DNA from: Podarcis erhardii
Taxonomy: Eukaryota
Strand: one strand, 5' to 3'
DNA: 64,000 bases
Assembly (NCBI GenBank): GCA_964252035.1
Contig: OZ176214.1
Positions 12,366 to 25,573 of this stretch are shown piece by piece; positions within the stretch are counted from its first letter, which is position 1, and the number at the start of each line of letters is the position of its first letter. Position numbers and translations under genes: made by a program. The notes under the pieces were generated by a model. The model worked only from the letters and a program-made list of their open reading frames with translations, ran no database searches and had not been told where the DNA came from.

Positions 12366-13074
12366 CTAGCTGCTGCCAAGGTTCCAAAGATGAACCAGGA
12401 AATAATCTGGAAGCTGCTGTGCATCCAGAATCAGGGATCTGAAGTGCTCCACCTGAAAACGGGATAGGGTATCAGCAATATTATTAGTAGCACCAGGAAT
12501 AAAACAGGCAGAAAACACAATGTTAAACCTGAGGCACCGAAGCACAAACATGCGCAAAAGGGCAGAGGCTCTGCTGGAGTGTGATGACTGCCTTGCCAAA
12601 ACACTCACCATGGCCTGATTATCGGACCAAAAACAGACCCAACCGGTCCTTGAACTCCATGGTCCAGATGTGCACTGCTACTACAATGGGAAAAAACTCA
12701 AGAAAAGTGGCTGAGCACTCCAACGGCAATGGAAATAAAGCCCCAAACCCAAGGACCCAGCTGCGGCTGAATGGACCTGGAAATTACATTGCAGATTCAA
12801 ATTATCCTGCCACAGGGATACCCCATTGAACTCCCTCAGGAATTCAAGCCACATCTTGAAGTCTGCCCTGACCTCGCTGTGCAACTGCACCCAATGATGA
12901 GGTGATCGCAGGCCTGCAGAGAGTCTTGCTAAGTGTGCACAGAAAGGGCACTACCACTCTACAAGCAAAATTCAATGGGCCCAACAGGGACTGAATCTGC
13001 CTCAAGGTAACCTTTTCCCTACCAAGAGCAAAGAATTGTGGTTCTTCTGTTTCCCTACTGTTTGTCCCCAGCAC
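12366..13074 (-). pseudogene. RT C-terminus and RNase H of YR retrotransposon (frameshifted)
   Basis: KVTLRQIQSLLGPLNFACRVV; DFKMWLEFLREFNGVSLW; IPGATNNIADTLSRFQ. Confidence 0.8.
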
Positions 13075-14000
13075 CTGGTGTTCAGAGGTATACTGTCACT
13101 AAGTAAGGAGGCTCCCTATTTAGTTTCCATTGCTGTTAACAATCTATAAACATCCTCCATGATTTTGTCGAATAGTCACTGACTTTATTGGATTGTTATC
13201 TGCAGATATTTACCTATCTGCGTCATTTATGTTTTTTAAAGGCATCTGATACCAAGAGTGCTCTTACGAAATGTACGGTAGAAGGAACCCAACAAAGGGA
13301 GGGGGTGAAGGAATTGTAGAGACACTGTCATTATTTCCATTAATTCCCCTTAAAAACCCATTATGCTGCCATCTTCATAACTTTAAAAAACAACAACCAA
13401 AAACTCCCAATGTGATAGTTACAATCTCAGCTGAAGATAGCATAGCTTTGCATTGTTTCACATGAATCTTCTTAAAACACCTAATAAGGTTATACTTTCA
13501 CAAGCCTAATGGGAAGAAATTACATTAAATTGTCTTTTGTTAGTAAACTGCATTTCAGTTTTCCTCACGGCTACATCACAACTCTGATTTTTAAGTCAGA
13601 GAGCGGAGCTAAAGTGTGCTTTTAATATTAAAACATGACATATTTGCATTAAAAATAGTTGTCAGATAGAAAAAGCACACCAAGGAAGCAGACGTATTGA
13701 AAACATGGAGTGGGGAGGCAAGGAATCATCAAAGAGAGTTTCAGTTAATACAAAACAGCCTACAATCAAGCTTAAAAGCGAGGGTGACTTCCCTGCTTTA
13801 TTTGAGAGTTGTTGGAAAAATGAAAGATTCCATTAGGATATATGGTTTTATTAACACACATATACAATTTAGTCTAGATGGAGGGGGTGCAGAACATACA
13901 CATCCTAAGAGGGCCTGCCCTCCTCTATAAGGGTAGCATTGAATGCAAAGATAGTCAAAAGGCCATTCTCTGTGTCTGTCTGTTACAGCTTGTCCCAGCC

Positions 14001-14614
14001 CAGTGGTGAAGCATGGGGGAGGCTGTGGGGGCCATCGACCCTAGCACAGTTTTTTTTGGGGGGGGGGAGGCATCATGGTGCCCTGCCCCATTGTGAACAG
14101 TTGCATCCTATCTCAGTGCCCTCCAGCTGGAGGGCAGCTGAGAAAGATGTACCAGGCTTGTGCCTTGGTCCCTTTGAGCAGTGCTGTAGCAGTGGGCATG
14201 CAGGGGCCAGGGGGGCATGCCTGTTACATCCTTCTCAGCTGCCCGCCAGCTGGAGGGTGCTATGAAAAGTATACAACAGCTCATAGTGCCCTCCCTGCGA
14301 GTCCAGTGCCACTCTGAAAGTGCTGCTGGGCTCATGGAACACCGTGAGTGTGCTCCGCTTTGCAGCAGTGGGCAGGGATCACTCCGGTGGAGTGCCCTGG
14401 CCACGGCCATGCCCCCACAGTGCACCCTTCTCTTTGGGATGCTTGCCACTGTCCCAGCCAGCCAACAATGTATTCCCCTCCTTCCTTCTTGTTGCTGGAC
14501 CTCCCCGCACCAGCCTACTTCACTCAAAGCTGAAACCCTAAACCTGGCCTTTGCCTCTGCCCACTTCACACAGCTGGAGGGGGCACCCCCTTGCCTTGCA
14601 GTCTTCACCCTCTG
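14001..14614. mobile_element. GC-rich putative non-autonomous DNA element with internal inverted repeat
   Basis: Weak TIR cagtggtgaagc / gtcttcaccctctg; ~47-bp inverted arms at 14116-14164 and 14214-14260; no TSD found. Confidence 0.35.
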
Positions 14615-14638
14615 ATGGTTTCCTTTGTTCTTCTAAAG

Positions 14639-14865
14639 AAGTGGTTCCCGACCTTTTTTTGGCTGTGCCCCATCTAAGCATCTCTAAAATTTTGATGGCT
14701 CCCCCCACCCCGTGACATATAATTTTTATTATTCAAAAAGTGAACTCCTATTCATGTGGAGAAAGCCTAAAAGGCCATTCACGGTTAATAACTCATTCTC
14801 AAACTGCCCCCCATAAAATCAAATTGCCCCTCTGTGGGGTGTGTGCCCCACCTTGGGAGCCATGG
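14639..14865. mobile_element. hAT MITE
   Basis: TIR aagtggttccc / gggagccatgg; TSD ttctaaag at 14631-14638 and 14866-14873. Confidence 0.8.
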
Positions 14866-14873
14866 TTCTAAAG

Positions 14874-15163
14874 CTGGAGTCACCAACCTAAGGCCCATGG
14901 GCCAGAAGCAGCCCACAAAGGTTGTTTGACCGGCTCACAAGCCGTCCCCAAACCGAACCATCTTCTCGTGCGCTATGCGAAACCGGCACAGCGCGACACG
15001 GGGACATGCTTCTGCGGCGCCGGAAATCACGTCTACGCAGATGCATACACTGAAAATCAGGTCTGCGCAGGCGCAGGCACCAAAAACCATGCGCGATCTG
15101 GCCCATGGAGGGATCTCCATGGGACAGATCCAGCCCAGGCAAGATAAACCTTGCCGACCCCTG
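14874..15163. mobile_element. hAT MITE, different CpG-rich family
   Basis: TIR ctggagtcaccaacct / accttgccgacccctg; TSD ttctaaag at 14866-14873 and 15164-15171. Confidence 0.8.
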
Positions 15164-17480
15164 TTCTAAAGGGTCCTTCACCCAGCTAGCTCTGCTGAGC
15201 TGGCTTGGCTTGTTAGCATAAACTAAATCCTGGGGGGTTTCATGTTTGGCACAGTTTAATCAAACCTTGATTAATTCCAGTTTTCCACTAAATCTGAGAA
15301 TTATGGGGCGAATCTTGCACCCAGGAGTTTAGGAGTTCCTTGTCATCATCCCCCAACTTATAACAGTATATATTATATAATTCAAATGTTCCCGGGTGAA
15401 ATGGTTGGCAGTGTTGCTGAACTATAGAGTTGCTGGGTGATATATGAGCTTCATGAGCCTGGTGTACTTTCACAGGGATCACAGCCTCGTCATTTCATCA
15501 GTTAGCAATGGCCAAAGATCTAATCATTTTGGAATTTCCTCTATCCACTCTGCACGCACGCACGCACCAACATTTCACAGTCATCCTATCAGTTCAGGGA
15601 AAGGCCTGAGGAACAAGAAGGCTCCTTTGTCATTCTGATAACGAGGCAGAGTAAATTGATGAGGTCACAGACAGCTGGCTACATCCAAACAAAGCTGTTA
15701 ACCATTTTTGGCAGCAGGTCCTTATTAAACAGCATTTATCTTGGGTGAAGCATAGGCCAAGGGAATGGAATGATATGGCTGATAAATTAGCCTATTGCTC
15801 AAGACAAAGGCCATAATCCAGAGGTTCACATCCGCAAGCACAATAGTTTTGCATTGAGTGATGTCTCATCAGCAGTTGTGGGACTCCCAAAGTCATTTTT
15901 AAAGCCCCCGCCCCTGGCAAATAAAAAAAAAAGTTTAAGAATAAGTTTGGAGGTGTTGACAAAGGAGAAATTGACAGGGAAAATGTATCTGTTTGAGGAA
16001 TTTGATCTTTGTGGATTCTGGCATGAATTGATGTGATCTATACTCCTGGATCAGTACAAAGTTACCCTTCAGTTTTTGCACTTCTTCCAATTTTGTGGTG
16101 CAGTTCTTGGCTCAGAAAAAGCAATTAGGAAAACAGGAGAAGCAAAAGAAAGAATGGAGAAGGAACAAAGGAATGAACTCTGGTGGAATGAATGACTGGG
16201 ACAGCTTCAGAAGACTTTGCTTGACCACTTGTGTTCCACACCATCCATAATTTGTGGACAGGTATCACATTCCCTCTTCAGCTGTTCAAGATTCAGTGAG
16301 ATATTTGGCAGCAAAGGCTTGAATCTTGAGGTTGATTTGCTCTTCAGCACACCTGATAATTTGATGGTGAATAACAGTTTCATCATTCATCCAAGATATG
16401 CCAATTTGGCAGTATTCCTCCTTCAGAAGTAGCTCCAGGTGAAAAAGAAATGAGCAAAGAACTGGTGGTTTTTTTGTCGTTGTCAGTGTGCAAATGTATC
16501 CTGTATAAAAGTCCAGTTTAATAACTTGCAACTCTCCTGCAGTTTTCCAGAATGCAATACTCCATCACAAAGACAGGCCCGTTAAATAACGGCACGGGTG
16601 ACAACATATGGCTTGCCTTCAGCAAGGAGAGTGTTGCCAGCAAAATGAAAATCAAGCTCACCTAAGTAGCAGCTGGTCTCCTTTCATCTTTGACTGGCTG
16701 CTTGGGAGAGGAGAATCCCATCACAACTATGTGATGATCCCTGAACCATTTACCAGTTTAGGACAGGAAAAAAAGCTTTATTGCAGACTTTGAGGAGATT
16801 CGGACTGAAAGGCTGTGTGGCACTATAGGTCTCATAACTTGCATACTCAGAGACTTCCAGTACCATCACAACAGCTGCCCAGCAGAAACTGCCTTTGGGG
16901 GAACACTGCAGTTCAGTGATAGAGCACATGATTTGCTTACAGACGGTCCTAGACTTAGTTCCCAGTGTCTCCAGGTGCCCTTTTTTGGTATTACTCAAGT
17001 GGAGAGGGCAAGAATAATGAAAGGAGCATTTGACCCAACCTCAATGTTTCATGACTATTCCCATCATCACTATGTTGCACATAGCTTCTGTAGTGGCGAC
17101 CTTGTTGTACACAAGGAGGCGTGCCCCATGTTTCAGAATTCTAAGTGCCATAGGGTTCTAGGTCAGGCAGAGTTCCTCTGTGTAAAGAGCAGCATCCCCA
17201 TTTCAGAAGGTGACCAGGATTGGGATAGCAGGTGCAGAAGGAGCTGTGCAATTTTGTGGGGCATAGCTAAACTTGCAGCCCACCCCACATGCAACTTGGG
17301 GTCATAGGTAAATATGATGACCTGCTACCCTTTTCACCATGCTTGCTGACTTCACATAAGTGATATCAGATCACATAAGTGATATCTGAAGAGGTCTTGT
17401 ATTATAACATAAAAGGGGGGGGATGCTTGTTATACTAAAGCAGTATGATTGTCCATTTGGACTCATTTGTTTTGTTTTAA

Positions 17481-17842
17481 GGTAAAGGTAAAGGTAAAGG
17501 GACCCCTGAACATTAGGTCCAGTCGTGACCGACTCTGGGGTTGCGGTGCTCATCTTGCTTTACTGGCCGAGGGAGCCAGCATACAGCTTCCGGGTCATGT
17601 GGCCAGCATGACTAAGCCACTTCCGGCGAACCAGAGCAGCGCACGGAAACGCTGTTTACCTTCCCGCCAGAGCAGTACCTATTTATCTACTTGCACTTTG
17701 ACGTGCTTTCGAACTGCTAGGTTGGCAGGAGCAGGGACCGAGCAACGGGAGCTCACCCTGTCACAGGGATTCGAACCACCAGCCTTCTGATCGGCAAGTC
17801 CTAGGCTCTGTGGTTTAACCCATAGCGCCACCCGTGTCCCCC
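17481..17842 (-). mobile_element. Full-length Sauria SINE
   Basis: (ggtaaa)n tail at left, head ...gccacccgtgtcccc at right; tttgtttta on both sides. Confidence 0.92.
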
Positions 17843-20800
17843 TTTTTGTTTTAGTTTAGTTTTAGTTTATATTAGTAGAAGCAGCAGCAACAACAACAAC
17901 AACACATCCTACTGGTCTAAAACAGAAATCTTAGCAGAACAAATTCTAGGAACAAAAATGCTCCTTTGAGGTAATATAGCTTTATATTCTAATTATATAA
18001 TCTCTTTAAAAATATTTTGGGGAACAGACAAATAGTATCTTTTGGTCACTGCATAAGTACCATTCAGCCCTAAGTATGTTCTGAAATAAAAACAAATTAT
18101 TTGTAGTATTGACATCCTGTGTATATGAGTAAAGGCAGATTGGTTATTCTTACACTAGCACTACTCATAAAAATGTCACATTACATTGTAATAGCTTTTC
18201 TGCAATGCATCTCAAGTGAAACTTAACAGTTGATCACTCTCTGTTGCTTAATGCTAAATCACAGTGAAGATTGCTGTTTGAGCACAAAAGCAGGCTTTGT
18301 AGAACACTACAAGGGCTTTGTCCGATGTAGGTGATCCCCAAAACATATTAAAATATGCTTTGGAATGCATTGGGATCATGGGTAGACATAACCTACAGAG
18401 AAATAAGGAAAAACAGAGTTGAGTTGGTACAGTTGTGTACAATTTGGATTTTACACAATTTGGCTGGGAGATTATGTCAAGGCATTGATATATAGATCAT
18501 GATATACAAGTGAACCTGTATTTTCATACAGACATACAAATCTGGTGGATTATCTGGTACATTCTGATATCTTAAAAAAAAGAAAAGAAACATGCCACAT
18601 ACAACATGTGCTGTAGTAACTCATGGCAGATAAGGCTACTTAAGATGCCTAAGATCACATGTCCAGGACCAGTGGCTGAATGTTAGTTGATATTCCCTGC
18701 CTATACATTTTTGTGAGCTCCTCATAGGGATATGGTTAGCCACTTTGTGAAACAGGATACTGGACTAGATGGGCCTTTGGTCTGATCCATCTTGTGTTCA
18801 CTTCATATAATAGACCTTACAGATGCTATTATACAATGGAAATACAAGTACATCACTTAGGATAAGAAAAACCACAGGTAGTTTTTGTGGCGTACTCCTG
18901 ATTGCTGCAGACATTTGCTGGGCTATGTTTGGTTCCAATTGTCTGATGATTGTGGAAAAAGCACAGCTGAAAGAACTCACTGTTGGAAAAACTCAAGGGT
19001 CTTTCTGGGTTAACTTTTTTGTGTGAATTCTTTGCCCAGGTAGCTAAGTTTTAGGCTAGCAAAGGTTTAGAAGTTCAGTGACCACAAGATTCACATATAA
19101 GCTCTAGCATTTTGAACCCAGCCCAGTCAATCTGAAATCTGTTCTGCATCATCCCAATTTGATTAGTTATTCAGGTTCAAATCTGATATGTTAAATTTGA
19201 AACTCTACCCCCCCACCCTCCCATTATAATAGAGAGTCTAAGAATGCCTATAGCCATTTATCCTCCTTTTCAAATGAGCCCTTTCAGAGTGAATTAAGTA
19301 TCCCAAACATTAGATAGTTCTGTCCAGCAATTTTCATGCATGGACCCATTTAAAACCTTCCAAACTCCCCCCCCCCCCAGTCAGAATTGTTTGCAAATCT
19401 CCTTTTCAGGGGAGATGAAAAATGTCAGAAAGATAGGTGCAGTGAAGCTCCCGAAAGCTCAGATTTTACTTGAGGGATTTTTCTGAGGGGAAATAGAAAA
19501 TAAAATCCCTTCCCCGAGGTACTTTTTTGAGGTGGCAGAGGCCATCCATTTTCAAATGTGAAGGCGGTGTACATGGGTTAGACACCTGAAATTTTCAGAC
19601 AAATGGGTCCAGATGCTGTCATGCTAGATGGTTTTGTTGCTTTTCCTTCCTGGAAGCACTGTGAAGTAAAAAAGAGAGGATACATACAGCTATAATTTTT
19701 GTTAGGAAAGATTGGGAAAAAAGCAGGCCACTCCAGTAGTCTAACTCCACCATATACATACTGCTCTCACGGGCCACACCTAGAAGTGCATGAAGAAGAC
19801 TCACATGTTTACTTCAACATCCCTCCCCAAAATCACTGTGCATTGTGAAAATGATTCATGTAATTAAAAGTTAGATCTGTTCATTGAAACCAACCAACCC
19901 CCATCTCTACACCCACTTTCCTCTTGAGATCTGGGCTTTCCCTAGCCAGCTTGGCTCAGGAGCTCCACATCCTGTTTCTCCACCTGAGGTGAAATGAGAA
20001 TGTACCACTGTGCTGCCCCACTGAAGCTTCCCTTACCTGGGTTGCATGGTGGTACCCGTCATGGCTGCAATGGTGTTGGCAGGATCTGGTGAGATTTCAC
20101 AGGATCTTGGGGAAATTGGTGCTGCGATGGGCAGGGTCCCACCTCTTTGGCTCCTGCTACTCAAGGTGGATGCTTCAACTAACCCTATGGGCAGGCCAGC
20201 CCTGGCTTGTCTTTATTTCTTAGAAAAGAAGGTATAGGGGAGAAGGGGGTGGCTGTGTATTTTATAGAATGAAAAGAAACACAAAGCAACAAAGCAACTT
20301 GGAAGGTTGGGATTGTTAGGATGTTGTTTTTAATCTCATGAAATCTATAAATTAACATGAAGCCACCCACTGCTTTTTGCTCCCCATTGCTATCTCTTTT
20401 GATAGAAGGTTGGCACTTGGCTACCTCTCTCTCTCTCAGCCTCTTTGATGAGTGCTTCTTGTTTTGAGGGTGTCCGTGTCAGCAGGATTCCCTTCTAATT
20501 CTTACCTGACACCTCCACCTCTGCAAACACCCCAATGAAAATATGTATTCGGTTTTGAAGCATACCACATAGATTTGCTTAATGGTTAAAAATGCATATG
20601 CTTATTTTGAAACATAGCACTGTGTGCACAGCATTTATTTAAGCATAAAATCAAATGATTAAGCTGAAAGGAATGTCAATGCTAATGTTGTGGAGGGTAA
20701 GGCCTCAAAGTGAAAATGAGAAAGGTGAAGATACTGTCCTTTCTCAGATCAGTTTGCAGGACCAATCTGTAAGTAGGATGAAGGAAAAGGGAAGCTTTTG

Positions 20801-21248
20801 TTACAAAGTAGATAATAAAAGTAACCCTTGTTTTGTCTCTGCCTGAGTGCAAGAAATCCCAAAACAATAATCTTTGAGAAATTGTACAAAATGGGATGAG
20901 GTTGTGGAATGGATGCAGCAAAGCTTGACTTTATCCTTCATTCCACCACAAAGGGAAACAGGGAGCTAATAGCAACAGAGAAAATAATATGAACTGATAA
21001 CTTTGAAAGCTGGGAGATTTTGGTCTCCAGTCATGCTAAGGAGGATATAAACAGATGGAAAATATATAACATGGTTTCCAATTGCATATCTTAATCGATA
21101 ATTGAGATGCTGCATGAAATGCTCTAGGTATGATTTGCTTTATAACTGGTAACAGACATATTCCTGGGCCATGTGAGTTTGACATGAATACATTGATATG
21201 TCAGTTCCACCCTGTTTCTGCATCAATCTGGAAATACATTTTAATTCA

Positions 21249-21558
21249 TGTTGTTGTGGTTTAGTCGTTTAGTCATGTCCGGCTCTTCGTGACCCCATGG
21301 ACCAGAGCACGCCAGGCACTCCTGTCTTCCACTGTCTCCCGCTGTTTGGTCAAACTCATGTTGGTAGCTTTGAGAACACTATCCAACCATATCATCCTCT
21401 GTTGTCCCCTTCCCCTTGTGCCCTCAATCTTTCCCAACATCAGGGTCTTTTTCAGGGAATCTTCTCTTCTCATGATGTGGCCAAGTATTGGAGCCTCAGC
21501 TTCAGGATCTGTCCTTCCAGTGAGCACTCAGGGCTGATTTCCTTTAGGATGGATCAGT
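21249..21558 (-). mobile_element. Bov-B (RTE) LINE 3' fragment
   Basis: Translates to GHIMRREDSLKKTLMLGKIEGTRGRGQQRMIWLD; (CAA)n tail. Confidence 0.9.
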
Positions 21559-23454
21559 TAAATATACATATTTAAATGTACATTTCATCAAAAATATGTA
21601 CTTAAACACATATTTTATCTCACTGAATACATTCCTAAACATATTTTATATCAAAATACACTTTTGTTTTATGCATAATGCATCACAATGTTAAGAAAAG
21701 TATGAGATTGGAAAGCTCATTGCATGCCGATCTGTGTATTAGTCCTGGGGGGTGCAAATTAGGTTAGTGCTCTTAAAAGACTAGAGCAAATTCTTCTCCA
21801 TCCCTATTAAGTTTGAAGTTCTTATTACTAAATGGTGCCTGGATAGCTTGAACATGTTTGTTGCACCATGTGGCTTTGATTCATGCTCTCGAGTGCATCC
21901 CATAAGCATCTGGTTGACCACAGTTAGAACTGGACGCCAGACTAGATGGATCACTGGCATTAACCTGGAGGTTCTTTTTATGTTCTGAGACTTGTAGGAA
22001 TTGTGAAGGAACTTAAAATAATTTACATTAGATTACATTAGAACAGTTCTCAAACATTTTGTTTAAAAAGCTGCTACAATATTTCAAGTTCCATGCAAGA
22101 CAAATTCAGAGGTTTGCACTAAGACAAAGCATATGTGGGAATTTTGCATGATGGATTTCCATAAGATCAATTATGCTTGTCAGGGATGGGAGTGGCATCA
22201 CATACCTCCTGATCTAGATAGCAGCTTATCTAGTTTCCGAGCCATCTTTAAGTGAGTCCCATGTATAACTCATTGCAGGAATCTAACCAGGAGGTTACCA
22301 GAGCTTAGGCAACAGAGGTTAGGCCTGTGGCATAGTGCTGCTAATGGTATATTGATAGGAGGGGTGTTGACTGGTGCTGGGAAGGGAGCTCCAATAGCAG
22401 TGATAAATCCTTGGGCATTCCACCTCCCCTGTAACCCTTCTACAGTTCTTCCTTCCATTTTGCTCCCTGTGAATGGGCCAAGGGGTAGTGAATGTGTGGC
22501 ATTTTTTCCTTGACCCTTGAATCAGGTACTAACCACAATCAGGTATGGCTATGCCTTTAAGATGTACTCCCTAATATTTTTTTTTAAGAAGAGGTCATCC
22601 ACATATTTTATGTAATGATAAGAATCACCAGGAAGAAAGAAAACGTAAGATGTGATTATGTGCTAACTTTCCCAGCCCAAGCAATGTCACTTCAAGGCCT
22701 GACCCCACAGGTCTCCTGCTATTGAGTTCCTGGGGAGTTCCTAAGTAATCAACCGCAAAGCAAGTGTTATTTTCAATTCAATATCATACCGTTCCAGCCT
22801 TGACCAGCACAACACGCAGGAAGGGGCCTTTTGGTGACCCAAGGATGAGCAGCCAAGCTAATCTTCCACAAGCAGAGATCAACAAAGCAATCAGCAGGTT
22901 GCAGCAATAAAATTGCACCCCACATGTCTTACCCTGTGGCAGATATAATGGTGGTTGCTTCTCACTAGAATCACACTCCTTCGAAAAGAGGCTGTTTGTC
23001 TCCTGATGTTAGCATCTTTTCCCACTAAAATAAAATAAAAAATAAGCCATAATAACAGAGGAAGAGGCTTTATTGAAAAGTGCATGTGATCTCCAGGGAT
23101 TTGTAGAATTAAGATGTTTTCAAGAAAGGTTTCTGTAGAAGGGAGGAATGTATTTCTGCTTTTGAATCTTTAAGGAGAAAAGAGAAAAATTCAGAATAGT
23201 TATGTCTCCAAAAATTGCACCCCAAAGTGTTTCCAGATCAGAGAGAATTCTGCCACTTACATTTTAATAGACTGGTTTCTCTTGGCTGGAAAATGCAGAA
23301 AATCTTGGGTTTGTTGCTTGACTGTGTGTCTTATTTATGATGTGCATATTTAGGGGAAGAGTGAAAGGGAGATTTTCACATTAGCCCAGTAATAAACCTT
23401 CAAAGGCCTCTGCAATAGATGCAAGAATACAAATTTTCAAATTTCCGTAAAAGG

Positions 23455-23600
23455 AATGTAAGAAGAGTCAGCTGGATCAGGTTAAAGGTCCATCTAGTCT
23501 AGCATCCTGTTCTCAGAGTCACCAACCAGATGCCTGTGGGAAACCTGCAAGCAGATTCTGAATGTACCCATGCCACCTGTGATTCCTAGCCAGTTGTATT
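23455..23600 (-). mobile_element. CR1-type 3' end fragment (similar pieces near 26745-26960 and 62908-63100)
   Basis: gctggatcagg...ccatctagtctagcatcctgttctc...ccaaccagatgcc motif recurs at all three sites. Confidence 0.5.
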
Positions 23601-24413
23601 CAGAGGCTTACTGCCTCCAACAGTGGAAGGAGGAGGGTTGCCAACCTTTTTCTACCATCAGATACATTTGGAATTTTGAGAATGTCTGACAGCATCCAGT
23701 CATAAAATGTCTGTTGTTGGGTGTGCAGCGTAACACAAAATGGTTGCACATATATACCATATATACTGAGAACTTTCACAGGGGCCATAAAAGGTATTTG
23801 TGGACACATTGGTGCCCCCTGGCACAGGTTGGCAGTTACAAAATAGCCACTGTGGTTAGATGCCATTTATCAATTTGCCCCATAGAAATATTGCAGGCAT
23901 AATTAAGTCAGGGTTTTACATTATGATTTTAAACTAGACACAATCCCAGCTGATGTAAAGCACTTTGAAGTCTCATTGGTTTCAATGGAAAAGAACTAAG
24001 CACATGCTTAACTCTTCCATTGACTTCAAATTAGGTTTAAAAGCCCTTAACATCAGCTGCATTGTACCCATAATATAAAAATCAACTCCAATGAAAAATC
24101 CATATCAACTACTATAAGAACATCCTCAAGAGACCATCTGATAATAAAATCAGTCTACTGCATCTGCCTTGCAAAACAAGCAATAGCTATACCTGTTTGG
24201 AAAATGCTTGATAAAACATAAGCCTGGCATCAGAAATGCTAGTAGCCTTTATGAAAATTAATCTGAGCACCCATAGAAATCCTGGACTAATTTTTTATTT
24301 TTTTTTGGGGGGGGGGGAGAGATGGATAAACTTCAGGCATGCCAGATTGTTTTTACTGAGGTCCACTAACTGGGACCAAATGCAATATGGCGGTTCATGG
24401 GGTGAAATCAGTT

Positions 24414-25193
24414 ATTATGCTTTCCATTTTTTAGTTTGGAATAGAGTAGTCGCTTTGGAAGATGATAATCAGGCATCCACACAACATGACCAGTCCACCA
24501 AAGTTGATGTTGAAGAATCATAGCTTCAACACTGGTGATCTTTGCTTCATCCAGTACACTGATATAAATTTGCCTGTCTTCCCAAGTGATGTGTAAGATT
24601 TTTCAGAGACACTGTTGATGGAATCTTTCGAGAAGTTGGAGATGGCATTTGTAAGTGGTCCATGTTTCACAAGCATACAGTAAGGTTGGTAGTACAATAG
24701 CTTTGTAAACAAGCATTTTGGTTTCCTTGCGAATGTCCCGGTCCTCAAACACTCTGCACTTCATTCGAGAGAAAGCCGCACTCGCAGAGCTCAGGTAATG
24801 CTGGATTTCAGCATCTATGTTGACCCTTGTGGAAAGATAACTTCCTAGGTAGGAGACGTGATCGACATTTTCCAACGTTAATGTAGTATAAACACTGACA
24901 ACTGGGAAACACTGGCCTGCGAGTGCTCCAGTTGGAGAACAGCCTTTACCAAAGGTGTCATGGACTTTGAAGACACTTGAACTCAGAACATAAGGGAGAA
25001 ACGTGCTAAGACGAAGGCATGCTTGGCAAATCCACACCATGATCAACTCCCACCCAGGAACCAATGTCCCCACTGTGGAAGGAAGTGTGGGTCCAGAATT
25101 GGCCTTCACAGTCACTTACGGACTCATTGTTAAAACCGTGTTTATGGAAGACAATCTTACTTGGCTATGAGTGATCACCAAAGAAGAAGAAGA
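24414..25193. mobile_element. RTE-clade LINE (non-Bov-B) with 5' inversion
   Basis: 24414-24880 is antisense (ENVDHVSYLGSYLS...LLYACETWTTY); 24881-25193 is the sense 3' end with a (GAA)n tail; homologous to 46702-47500. Confidence 0.85.
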
Positions 25194-25340
25194 CTGCAGC
25201 CCAAGTGCTATAAACTGAGACAACCTGTATGTACAAGTCTGCACCTGAGTTGGTGTAGATAATCAAGGATTCCAACACAAAAACTGCAGCATAACTGCAC
25301 AAAGATGTTTTTACAGGTGAGGAACACAAAAGCAATATAT

Positions 25341-25573
25341 CCAGTTACAGATAGGTAGCCGTGTTGGTCTGCCATGGTCAAAACAAAATAAAAAAATTCC
25401 TTCCAGTAGCACCTTAAAGACCAACTGAGTTAGTTATAGGTATGAGCTTTCGTGTGCATGCACACTTCTTCAGAATCTGAAGAAGTGTGCATGCACACGA
25501 AAGCTCATACCTATAACTAACTCAGTTGGTCTTTAAGGTGCTACTGGAAGGAATTTTTTTATTTTGTTTTGAC
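25341..25573. mobile_element. Penelope-like element terminal (pLTR) insertion forming a palindrome
   Basis: gtagccgtgttggtc...gcaccttaaagaccaac...cttcttcaga motif; 14-bp direct repeat caaaagcaatatat at 25327-25340 and 25574-25587. Confidence 0.8.
25477..25510 (+). ncRNA. Minimal hammerhead ribozyme core (mirror copy on minus strand at 25440-25473)
   Basis: CTGAAGA-a-GTGTGC/at/GCACAC-GAAA-GCTCA: CUGANGA, stem II, GAAA and palindromic AGCT for stem III. The stem I partner is absent here. Confidence 0.6.

Larger units (their letters stand above)
10120..13080 (-). mobile_element. 5'-truncated DIRS-order tyrosine-recombinase retrotransposon, Ngaro-like, with SGNH hydrolase
   Basis: Ordered minus-strand remnants: RT end, RNase H, YR and SGNH hydrolase, then a 3' terminal region. 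Ends are approximate. Confidence 0.85.

Noticed and set aside
20035-20222. Possible minus-strand exon with a GTAAG donor and ~53 open codons
   Set aside because: The best acceptor puts a stop in frame, and the peptide is unrecognised.
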